From the IMG/VR virus record IMGVR_UViG_3300025724_000001, positions 1 through 64,000 of that record: 64,000 nucleotides of DNA; one strand, written 5' to 3'. The DNA is from a virus (taxonomy: Duplodnaviria > Caudoviricetes). A program made the position numbers and the translations under genes. This document shows, in pieces, positions 37,145 to 45,556 of this stretch. The notes below the pieces were generated by a model. The model had not been told where the DNA came from. It saw only the letters and a list, made by a program, of their open reading frames with translations, and did no database searches. Numbering within the stretch: the first letter of the stretch is position 1; each line of letters starts with the position of its first letter.

Positions 37145-38863
37145 ATGAACGAAAAGAATTTTGGATATTTGGGGTCTGGTTTTCAACAATCACTATTAAA
37201 AACCATAATTGAAGATAAAAGATTTGCCATAACGATAATTGATGTTATTGAAAGCAAGTATTTTGATGGGCCATATTTTAGGTATATAATGGAAAATATC
37301 AAAGAATTATATGAAACCTTTGGTAGTATACCTAATTATGAAACGTTAACACAAAAAATACTGGCAGAAAACAATAATGTATCGTCAAAGGTACATATTG
37401 ATACAATAAATGCTATCAAGGATAAAGAGTTAGACAATGATGGTGGTTATGTTAAAAAGATTGCATTAAATTTTTGTCGTCAACAAGTTTTGAAAGCGTC
37501 TTTAAAAGAAGCTGAAGAAATTATGAGTAGTGGTGATTTTGAAAATTATGATAAAATTGAAAGTAAGATTCAGGACGCATTACAAGTAGGTACATTTGTT
37601 GATGATATAGAAGATATTACCGAAAATATTTTAAGTTCATTAGAAGAGGATTCGAGGATACCGTTTAGTACTGGTATTAAAGGTATTGACGATGCATTGA
37701 GAGGTGGTGTTGCTCGTGGGGAACTAGCCGTGTTTCTTGCACCAACAGGTATTGGCAAAACAACATGGTTAACGAAAATGGCAAATTCGGCATATGAAAA
37801 TGGTGCTAATGTTTTACAAATATTCTTTGAAGATGGTATGAGTGAAATTCGTCGAAAACATTATACAATATGGACGGGTATTCCATCGCATGAACAACCG
37901 GAACGAAAGTATGAGGTGAAAGAAAAAGTCGAAAACGTAATTTCCAAACGCACTAATTTTTTAAAACTTATTAAATATCCGTCAGGTAAAATAACAATAA
38001 ATGACATAAGAAATAAGATTAGAAAGTTAGAATCTGAGGGTTTAAAACTTGATTTTTTAGTTCTTGATTATATTGATTGTATTGCCGGTGATGGGATAAT
38101 AAGTGGCGAGGAATGGAAGGGCGAAGGCGCAATTATGAGAGCTTTAGAATCAATGACAGGTGAGTTTAATATTGCTATTTGGACAGCAACACAGGGGAAT
38201 AGATTTAGTATTAGCTCTGATGTTGTTACAACCGATCAAATGGGGGGATCGATTAAAAAAGGCCAAGTTGGTCATATAGTTATATCTGCAGCAAAAACAT
38301 TGGAACAGAAAGAAAATAATCTTGCCAATGTGACATTATTAAAATCTCGTATTGGTAAAGATGGTATCGTTTTTCAAAATTGTAAATTTAATAATGAATA
38401 TTTGGAATTCGATACTGATACACAAAACACAATACTTGGACATCAGGAAGATAGAGCTGAGGCCAGAAAATTACGAGCCTCAACAGTTTATAAACAAGGA
38501 AAGAAGGAGAAAGAAGAAGAGGATATTGGTAAAGTTCAAGATGGGGGTAGATCTAGAATTGAAGCTGCAATTAGTAATTCACCTATTGTAGTAGAAAATC
38601 TTTTAAATGAATTACAAAATCTAGATGATATGACAGTTGGTGATGTAAAATTTAATCCTGCGAATGAAATAAAAGAAGATATTATTGATATAATAGATGA
38701 ATCTAATGATATACATGAAACTGTTTATGAGTCTTTTGATAACACAATAACAGATACTATGGTTGAAGCTAAAATAGAAACAAAACTTACACCAACCAAA
38801 ACTGTTTTTACTCAAGAAGATATAAATCGAAGACTAAGAGCATTAAAAAAAATGAATAAATAA
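37145..38863 (+). CDS. dnaB: Replicative DnaB/gp41-like helicase
   Basis: STGIKGIDDAL.GG, Walker A APTGIGKT, FFED, LDYID, WTATQGNR and KSR.G motifs; acidic C-terminal extension. Confidence 0.9.
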   Translation: MNEKNFGYLGSGFQQSLLKTIIEDKRFAITIIDVIESKYFDGPYFRYIMENIKELYETFGSIPNYETLTQKILAENNNVSSKVHIDTINAIKDKELDNDGGYVKKIALNFCRQQVLKASLKEAEEIMSSGDFENYDKIESKIQDALQVGTFVDDIEDITENILSSLEEDSRIPFSTGIKGIDDALRGGVARGELAVFLAPTGIGKTTWLTKMANSAYENGANVLQIFFEDGMSEIRRKHYTIWTGIPSHEQPERKYEVKEKVENVISKRTNFLKLIKYPSGKITINDIRNKIRKLESEGLKLDFLVLDYIDCIAGDGIISGEEWKGEGAIMRALESMTGEFNIAIWTATQGNRFSISSDVVTTDQMGGSIKKGQVGHIVISAAKTLEQKENNLANVTLLKSRIGKDGIVFQNCKFNNEYLEFDTDTQNTILGHQEDRAEARKLRASTVYKQGKKEKEEEDIGKVQDGGRSRIEAAISNSPIVVENLLNELQNLDDMTVGDVKFNPANEIKEDIIDIIDESNDIHETVYESFDNTITDTMVEAKIETKLTPTKTVFTQEDINRRLRALKKMNK

Positions 38864-38883
38864 TTAAAAATTAATGATATAAT

Positions 38884-41523
38884 ATGGCGGATAAAACGTT
38901 AAAAATCTACACTAAAGAAGAAGTCCAAAAAGCAACCTTAGAATATTTTAAGGGTGATGAATTAGCAACAGATGTTTGGATTAAGAAGTATTGTTTAAAA
39001 GATGAAAATAATTATTATGAATTAACACCGGATGACATGCATCGAAGAATCGCAAAAGAACTTGCGAGAATCGAAAAAAAATATCCAAATCCAATTTCAG
39101 AAGATGAAATTTATGAAACACTTAAAGAATTTAAAAGAATCATACCACAAGGATCACCAATGTCAGGTATTGGTAATGATTTTCAAGTTATTTCATTATC
39201 AAACTGTTATGTGATCGGCAATAAAGGAACAAGTGATAGTTATGGTGGTATTCTTAAAATTGACCAAGAGCAAATTCAATTAATGAAACGTAGGGGTGGT
39301 GTTGGTCATGATTTATCTCATATTCGTCCTGCAGGAAGTCCTGTTAAAAATTCTGCAATAACGAGTACGGGTATTGTTCCTTTCATGGAACGGTATTCAA
39401 ACAGTACAAAAGAGGTTGCTCAGGATGGTAGGCGTGGGGCACTTATGTTGAGTATATCTATTGAACATCCTGATGCTGAAAAATTTATTGATGCTAAGCT
39501 TGAACAAGGTAAAGTTACGGGGGCGAATATTTCGGTTAAGCTTACTGATGAATTTATGCGACGTGCTACGCAACTTGAAGATAATGAGTTTTGGCAAACA
39601 TATCCTATTGATTTAAAAATTCCATTGGGTGAAGAATATGATAAATTAATTATTAATGCAAAAGAAGGTGATTTAATATATCTACCGGATGTAGGATATT
39701 TGAAAAAAATTAATGCAAAAAAATTATGGAAAAAGATTATTCATAATGCGTGGAAGTCGGCTGAACCCGGTATTCTTTTTTGGGATAAAATTATTGGTGA
39801 AAGTATTCCTGATTGCTATGCTGATGAAGGGTTTACAACTGTTAGTACAAATCCGTGTGCCGAGTTACCCCTTTGTCCCTATGATAGTTGCAGGTTATTT
39901 GCTATTAATCTTTATGGTTATGTGGTAAATCCATTTACAAAAGATGCTCATTTTAATTGGGAATTATTTAAATCCGATGTTCAAATAGCTCAAAGGTATA
40001 TGGATGACATAGTTGATCTTGAACTTGAAAAAATTGATGCAATTTTAAGAAAAATTGATTCCGATCCAGAGGATGATTTTATAAAAATTTATGAAAGAAG
40101 ATTATGGGAAAATATAAAAGATATGGCATCAAAGGGTCGTAGGACTGGTCTTGGTATAACCGCAGAAGGTGACATGTTGGCCGCATTAGGACTAACTTAT
40201 GGAACAGATAAAGCGATTGAGTTTAGTGAAAATGTTCATAGGTTATTAAAACTCATGGCATATCGTTCAAGTACTGTAATGTCGTTAGAACGTGGGTCAT
40301 TTCCAATTTATAATAAAAAGAACGAAATGAACAATCCTTTCATTAATAGGATAAGAGAAGAAGATAAACAGTTATATGATGATATGATTGCTCATGGTCG
40401 TAGAAACATTGCACTTTTAACGATTGCACCAACTGGAAGTGTTTCAATTATGTCTCAGACAACATCGGGTATTGAACCGGCTTTTGAGGTGTTTTATAAA
40501 CGTAGGCGTAAAATTAATGCTCAAGAAAAAGACATTCGAATTGATTTTGTTGATGATGAGGGTGTTGCCTGGCAGGAGTATCCGGTTTTTCATCATAAAT
40601 TTGAAACTTGGCTTGAATTGAATGGTTATGATATTGAACAAGTGAAAAATATGTCTGATAATGAACTTAATGAAATACTAAAAAAATCACCATATTATAA
40701 AGCAACAGCAAATGATGTTGATTGGGTTAAAAAAGTTGAAATGCAAGGACGAATACAGCAGCATGTGGATCATTCTATTTCCGTGACAGTTAATCTTCCA
40801 AAAGATATAACTGAAGAAATGGTTGCAAAGGTTTATGAAACAGGATGGAAGAGTGGCTGCAAGGGGCTTACAGTTTATCGTGATGGTAGTCGTAGTGGTG
40901 TTTTGATAAGTTCAGAAAAAAAGACAGAAACACCATATGAAATTCACGTTCCCAAACGTCCAAAGAGATTGAAAGCACACATTCATCGTTTTCAAAATAA
41001 TCTGGAGAAATGGATTGCTGTAGTAGGATTGATGGATGGAAGACCATATGAAATATTTACCGGTAAACTTGAAAATGGACTTAGTTATTTACCTAGTAAT
41101 ATAAAGGAATGTGAAGTTGTAAAAAATAAATTTGAAGTTGAAGAGATCAATGAAGAAGGAAAAACTATAAAGGTCACGAAAAAACGTTATGATATTGAAT
41201 ATATTGATAGTAATAGTGAAAGACAAGTTCATACGGGTTTAAATCAAGCTTTCAATCCTGAATTTTGGAATTATGCCAAGTTAGTATCTGGTGTTTTAAG
41301 ACAACGTATGCCGATTTATTATGTTTGGAATTTGGTGGATTCTCTTAATTTCAGGGAAGATCATATCAACACATGGAAAAATGGGGTTGCGCGTGTGATT
41401 AAAAAATATATAAAAGATGGTGTTGAGGTGAATAAAAAATGCCCTAATTGTGGTAGCAATCATCTTGAATTTAAAGAGGGGTGTTTAACTTGCATGGGAT
41501 GTGGAAATTCAAAATGTGGCTAA
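38884..41523 (+). CDS. nrdJ: Class II (B12-dependent) ribonucleotide reductase
   Basis: SLSNC, RRGA, EPG, TNPCAE, APTGS, SGIEP, KGLTVYRDGSR, and a C-terminal CPNC...EGCLTCMGCG zinc ribbon. No nrdB is adjacent. Confidence 0.92.
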   Translation: MADKTLKIYTKEEVQKATLEYFKGDELATDVWIKKYCLKDENNYYELTPDDMHRRIAKELARIEKKYPNPISEDEIYETLKEFKRIIPQGSPMSGIGNDFQVISLSNCYVIGNKGTSDSYGGILKIDQEQIQLMKRRGGVGHDLSHIRPAGSPVKNSAITSTGIVPFMERYSNSTKEVAQDGRRGALMLSISIEHPDAEKFIDAKLEQGKVTGANISVKLTDEFMRRATQLEDNEFWQTYPIDLKIPLGEEYDKLIINAKEGDLIYLPDVGYLKKINAKKLWKKIIHNAWKSAEPGILFWDKIIGESIPDCYADEGFTTVSTNPCAELPLCPYDSCRLFAINLYGYVVNPFTKDAHFNWELFKSDVQIAQRYMDDIVDLELEKIDAILRKIDSDPEDDFIKIYERRLWENIKDMASKGRRTGLGITAEGDMLAALGLTYGTDKAIEFSENVHRLLKLMAYRSSTVMSLERGSFPIYNKKNEMNNPFINRIREEDKQLYDDMIAHGRRNIALLTIAPTGSVSIMSQTTSGIEPAFEVFYKRRRKINAQEKDIRIDFVDDEGVAWQEYPVFHHKFETWLELNGYDIEQVKNMSDNELNEILKKSPYYKATANDVDWVKKVEMQGRIQQHVDHSISVTVNLPKDITEEMVAKVYETGWKSGCKGLTVYRDGSRSGVLISSEKKTETPYEIHVPKRPKRLKAHIHRFQNNLEKWIAVVGLMDGRPYEIFTGKLENGLSYLPSNIKECEVVKNKFEVEEINEEGKTIKVTKKRYDIEYIDSNSERQVHTGLNQAFNPEFWNYAKLVSGVLRQRMPIYYVWNLVDSLNFREDHINTWKNGVARVIKKYIKDGVEVNKKCPNCGSNHLEFKEGCLTCMGCGNSKCG

Positions 41524-41547
41524 ATTGAATGTCATTTGAAAAAGAAT

Positions 41548-41583
41548 AAAAAAGTTGTTTACTATTACCGAACAACTTTTTTT
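41548..41583 (+). terminator. Hairpin/terminator after nrdJ
   Basis: AAAAAAGTTGTTT-actattacc-GAACAACTTTTTT. Confidence 0.65.
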
Positions 41584-41611
41584 GTTTTTAGTCAAAATTT
41601 TTGGGTTTTTA

Positions 41612-41642
41612 TTTGTTTATTTGAAAAACATTTGTATATTTG
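41612..41642 (+). promoter_or_regulatory. Bacteroidota-type promoter (TTTG-N19-TATATTTG)
   Basis: TTTG at 41612-15 and TATATTTG at 41635-42, followed by CA. Confidence 0.7.
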
Positions 41643-41668
41643 CAATGAATAACTTAAATATTAAAATT

Positions 41669-41887
41669 ATGAATTTAATAGTTTATTTTTTCGTCTCTTA
41701 TTTTGTATGTGTTATTTTGTATTCAGTAATTGCAAGATATACAATATACAAGGGAAATGTGTATGTTAAATTATCCGCCATTGTTAAAGAGGGCGCGGTT
41801 GATTTTGGGAAAATATTCACAGTGATTCTTTCAATTTGTGGTGTCATAATTGGAATAAATTATGTTAGGGTTTTGTGGTTTATATGA
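41669..41887 (+). CDS. Small two-TM membrane protein (72 aa)
   Basis: Two hydrophobic stretches. Start re-called downstream of the promoter; ATG 41645 is an alternative. Confidence 0.6.
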   Translation: MNLIVYFFVSYFVCVILYSVIARYTIYKGNVYVKLSAIVKEGAVDFGKIFTVILSICGVIIGINYVRVLWFI

Positions 41888-42075
41888 TTGTTTTAGAAAA
41901 TAAAATAGTCAAAATAAACGATATTAATCACTATGAATATAGGGCGGGCTATTTTTTAACATTGGAATTGTTAAAAAAATTAGTCAGAGATTTTCAGATA
42001 GATTGCGTAAATAGTTTTGTTAGTAATGATGAAACATATATTGAACAATGGTTGAAAAATAATAAAATTGAATGA
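41884..42075 (+). CDS. Hypothetical protein (63 aa)
   Basis: ATGA translational coupling with the previous gene. Confidence 0.6.
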   Translation: MIVLENKIVKINDINHYEYRAGYFLTLELLKKLVRDFQIDCVNSFVSNDETYIEQWLKNNKIE

Positions 42076-42439
42076 GGATATTGGAATGTCTAATAGAAAC
42101 AAATTAATTCGTGCTATAGAAACTGCTCATCCAAAACTTAAAGAAGAAATTATGTATCATCTTGAAAATGTTGATCATGGACAAGATGAGGGTAAAAACT
42201 TGGATTATGATATAGTTAATGCGTTTGAGGATGCTATGGATACTATAGAAGATAATGATGAGTTTAAGGACTTAATACCACATTTAAAAAATTTATTTAT
42301 TAAAATTGGCTATGCTATTCCAATATCTAAAGAAGTTTTTTCTAGAACAGTAGTAACATCAGGAAAGAAATATTGGTTTAAAAGAAATGGAATTTATTAT
42401 GATGTTGCTGATTCTTGGGAAAATTGGTTGAAACAATAA
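42068..42439 (+). CDS. Hypothetical protein (~120 aa)
   Basis: Overlaps the previous stop codon; alternative ATG at 42086. Confidence 0.6.
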   Translation: MNEDIGMSNRNKLIRAIETAHPKLKEEIMYHLENVDHGQDEGKNLDYDIVNAFEDAMDTIEDNDEFKDLIPHLKNLFIKIGYAIPISKEVFSRTVVTSGKKYWFKRNGIYYDVADSWENWLKQ

Positions 42440-42469
42440 GAATAATTCATATATATTACGTTCATTTTG

Positions 42470-42498
42470 AATCGCGATAATTTCGCGATTTTTTTTTT
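42470..42498 (+). terminator. Intrinsic terminator
   Basis: AATCGCGA-taatt-TCGCGATT followed by a T run. Confidence 0.8.
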
Positions 42499-42515
42499 CT
42501 TAATATTTATGAAAT

Positions 42516-42968
42516 ATGGCAACTACTTATGGTATAGATTATCCATTTAGGGATAGTGCGATCGGAAATTATGTAAAGATGACTTCAACTCCTGAAAGGG
42601 AAGTACGGGCAAATCTTATACATTTATTATTGACAAGAAAAGGTAGTAGATATTTTCTTCCTGATTTTGGTACAAGATTATATGAATATATTTTTGATCA
42701 AAATGATATTGTGACATTTAATAATATTGAGGATGAAATACGAGAGGGCGTGCGAAAATATATTCCGAATTTGGATATAAATTCAATAAATATAATGCCA
42801 GCTGAAGAAGATCCTGAAACTCCATCAATGCCGGCTGAAGATGAGGATAAAAGATTATTTCGAATTGCAGATAATGCTGCAAAACCATATACGGCTAGGG
42901 TAAAAATAGATTATACAGTTAATAACGGAACATTTTCATCGTCCGATTTTGTAATTATTAATATATAA
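42516..42968 (+). CDS. Baseplate wedge / sheath initiator, gp25-like
   Basis: GIDYPF...VRANLIHLLLTRKGSRYFLPDFGTRLYEYIFD...YIPNL. Confidence 0.92.
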   Translation: MATTYGIDYPFRDSAIGNYVKMTSTPEREVRANLIHLLLTRKGSRYFLPDFGTRLYEYIFDQNDIVTFNNIEDEIREGVRKYIPNLDINSINIMPAEEDPETPSMPAEDEDKRLFRIADNAAKPYTARVKIDYTVNNGTFSSSDFVIINI

Positions 42969-43651
42969 TGAGCAGACTTAAATTATATGATATTGTGTGT
43001 GAATCGAGGGATATGTTTGAGGGATTCGATGAAACTGAATTAACTGAAGAGTATCCAACTGATTTTGATATCTCTAAATTTAAAATTTTACCATCATATG
43101 CGGCTAAATTGAGATATGCTGAAGAACATTTGGGGAAACCAATAGGGAGGGGTTCGTCACGAGTAGTTTATCGTGTTGACGAGAATAAAGTTCTTAAATT
43201 GGCAAAGAATCGACGAGGTGTTGCACAAAATGAAGTTGAAATTGATTGGGCGGGTGATGGTTATTATGAAAGTATTGTTGCAAATATTTTTGATTTTGAT
43301 CGTTATGATCATTTATGGGTTGAAATGGAGTTGGCAATTAGAGCTAAACCAACAGATTTTAGAAGATTGTGGGGTGTGGAACAACAATATTTGGATTTAT
43401 ATCTATTAAACAAAGACGTTGAAAATCGGGGACGTCGTTCTCCATTTTATTTGGATGAACCAATACAGAAGAAATTAGATGAAAATGATAATGTACAATT
43501 ATTAATTTCATTTATGTTGGATTCAGATTCACCAGCAAATGATTTGGGACGAATAAGTTCATGGGGAATTGTAAAAAGAAACGGAAAAGATCATTTGGTT
43601 TTAATTGATTTTGGGCTAACAAATGAGGTTTATGATACATATTATCATTAA
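42968..43651 (+). CDS. Protein-kinase-like fold protein (227 aa)
   Basis: Gly loop IGRGSSRVVY, VLKLAK lysine, helix-C QNEVE, hinge WVEME, catalytic loop NDLGRISSWG, and LVLIDFG. Confidence 0.8.
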   Translation: MSRLKLYDIVCESRDMFEGFDETELTEEYPTDFDISKFKILPSYAAKLRYAEEHLGKPIGRGSSRVVYRVDENKVLKLAKNRRGVAQNEVEIDWAGDGYYESIVANIFDFDRYDHLWVEMELAIRAKPTDFRRLWGVEQQYLDLYLLNKDVENRGRRSPFYLDEPIQKKLDENDNVQLLISFMLDSDSPANDLGRISSWGIVKRNGKDHLVLIDFGLTNEVYDTYYH

Positions 43652-43662
43652 AAATAAATAAA

Positions 43663-45495
43663 ATGTCAAAACAAATAACATACGCAACAAGAGATTTTGC
43701 CGGACTTCGAGATGAGCTGGTTAAATTAACGAAGCAATATTATCCTGATTTAATTTCAAATTTCAATGATGCTTCGATTTATTCTGTATTGATGGATTTA
43801 AATGCTGCGGTTGCAGATAATTTACATTTTCACATAGATAGAGTTTGGCAAGAGACTATGTTGGATTTTGCACAACAAAGACAATCATTATTTCATATAG
43901 CCAAAACGTATGGTCTAAAAATACCCGGTCCTAGACCGTCTGTTGCTTTATGTGATTTTAGTATAAATGTACCGGTAAGAGGCGATAAAGATGATGAAAG
44001 ATATGAAGGTGTTTTAAAAGCTGGCTCTCAAATATCTGGTGGTGGTCAAGTTTTTGAAATTGTTGAAGATGTTGATTTTTCAAGTCCATTTAATAGTAGA
44101 GGAGAATCAAATAGGCTTAAATTACCAAATTTTGATAATAATAATAAATTAATTTCATATACAATAGTAAAACGGGAAGCTGTTATTAATGGTGTTTCAA
44201 GAATATATAGAAAAGTAATTACAGATTTGGATCAAAAACCATTTTTAAAACTATATCTTCCTGAGCGAAATGTTTTGGGCGTTACTGCTGTTATTCACAA
44301 AGACGGTACTGGATATGGTGCAAATCCAACATCAGATGAATTTATGTTATCAAAAAATAAATGGTATGAGGTGAAGTCGTTAATTGAGGACAAAGTATTT
44401 ATTCAAAATCCAACAGCTGCTTCAGATAGAGATAATTTTAAAGCCGGTGATTGGGTAAATGTTACTAAAAAGTTTTATACGGAATACACTCCAGAGGGAT
44501 ATTTTTCATTAACATTTGGTTCGGGGAATGTGGATCCTATGACAAATTTGGATAATTACATGACAAGAAATTTAAGAGTTAATCTTGCGACATTTTTAAA
44601 TAATACATCATTAGGTGAAATACCAAAATCAAACACAACATTATTTGTTAAGTATCGTGTTGGTGGTGGTAAAGAGACGAATATTGGAGTCAATGTTCTT
44701 ACTGTAATGGATACTTATGAATTAATTGTAAACGGTCCAAATTCGTCAATAAATACCCAAGTAAGTCAGTCAATTCGTGTAACAAATATAACACCAGCTA
44801 TTGGTGGGTCAGACATTCCCACAATAGAGGAAATAAGAAATATGATAGCATATAACTTTTCAGCACAAAATAGGGCAGTTACGTTAAATGATTATAAATC
44901 GTTAATTGAAAATATGCCAAGTACATATGGTGCACCAGCAAAGGTGAGTGTTATGGAAGAGGATAATAAAGTGAAAATAACGTTGTTATCTTATGATGAA
45001 AACGGGGCGTTAATTGAGACAGTTTCTAACACATTAAAACATAATATTTTAAATTATCTTTCTAATTATAGGATGTTAAATGATTATATTGACATTCAAA
45101 GTGGTGAGGTCATTGATTTGGGGTTAGAAATTGATTTAGTTATTAATAAAAATGAAATTTCTACAGAAATATTAAAATCGATAATAGAACAAACAATATC
45201 ATTCTTTTCGATATCAAAAAGAAAAATGGGAGATCCGTTATTTGTTGGAGATTTAATGAGGGAAATTGGTAATGTTACGGGCGTTGTTAACGTGGTGGAT
45301 ATTAGGGTATTTAATAAAGTGGGTGGTAAATATTCATCAAGTGAGGTTGTTCAAGCTTATGTTGATAATGAAACTAAAGAAATACAACAATCAGATAGTA
45401 CAATTTATATGAAGTCCAATCAAATATTTCAGATTAGATTTCCTAATACAGATATAAAAATTCGTACTAAAAATCTCACTTCAGCTACATATTAA
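43663..45495 (+). CDS. Baseplate wedge protein (gp6 / baseplate J-like)
   Basis: RDF..LR.EL, L.FGSG, YRVGGG..TN, GGSD..TIEEIR and AQNRAVTLNDY motifs. Confidence 0.92.
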   Translation: MSKQITYATRDFAGLRDELVKLTKQYYPDLISNFNDASIYSVLMDLNAAVADNLHFHIDRVWQETMLDFAQQRQSLFHIAKTYGLKIPGPRPSVALCDFSINVPVRGDKDDERYEGVLKAGSQISGGGQVFEIVEDVDFSSPFNSRGESNRLKLPNFDNNNKLISYTIVKREAVINGVSRIYRKVITDLDQKPFLKLYLPERNVLGVTAVIHKDGTGYGANPTSDEFMLSKNKWYEVKSLIEDKVFIQNPTAASDRDNFKAGDWVNVTKKFYTEYTPEGYFSLTFGSGNVDPMTNLDNYMTRNLRVNLATFLNNTSLGEIPKSNTTLFVKYRVGGGKETNIGVNVLTVMDTYELIVNGPNSSINTQVSQSIRVTNITPAIGGSDIPTIEEIRNMIAYNFSAQNRAVTLNDYKSLIENMPSTYGAPAKVSVMEEDNKVKITLLSYDENGALIETVSNTLKHNILNYLSNYRMLNDYIDIQSGEVIDLGLEIDLVINKNEISTEILKSIIEQTISFFSISKRKMGDPLFVGDLMREIGNVTGVVNVVDIRVFNKVGGKYSSSEVVQAYVDNETKEIQQSDSTIYMKSNQIFQIRFPNTDIKIRTKNLTSATY

Positions 45496-45556
45496 TTTGT
45501 TTTTTGTTTATCTTTTAGAAAATTGTTTAGTTTCCTATTTATATTAGTAAAAGGTA

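Noticed and set aside
13348-45495. Bacterial eCIS/tailocin or T6SS locus
   Set aside because: The tail genes are interleaved with neck proteins and a full phage replisome (PolB, SSB, UvsX, helicase, NrdJ), which indicates a phage genome.
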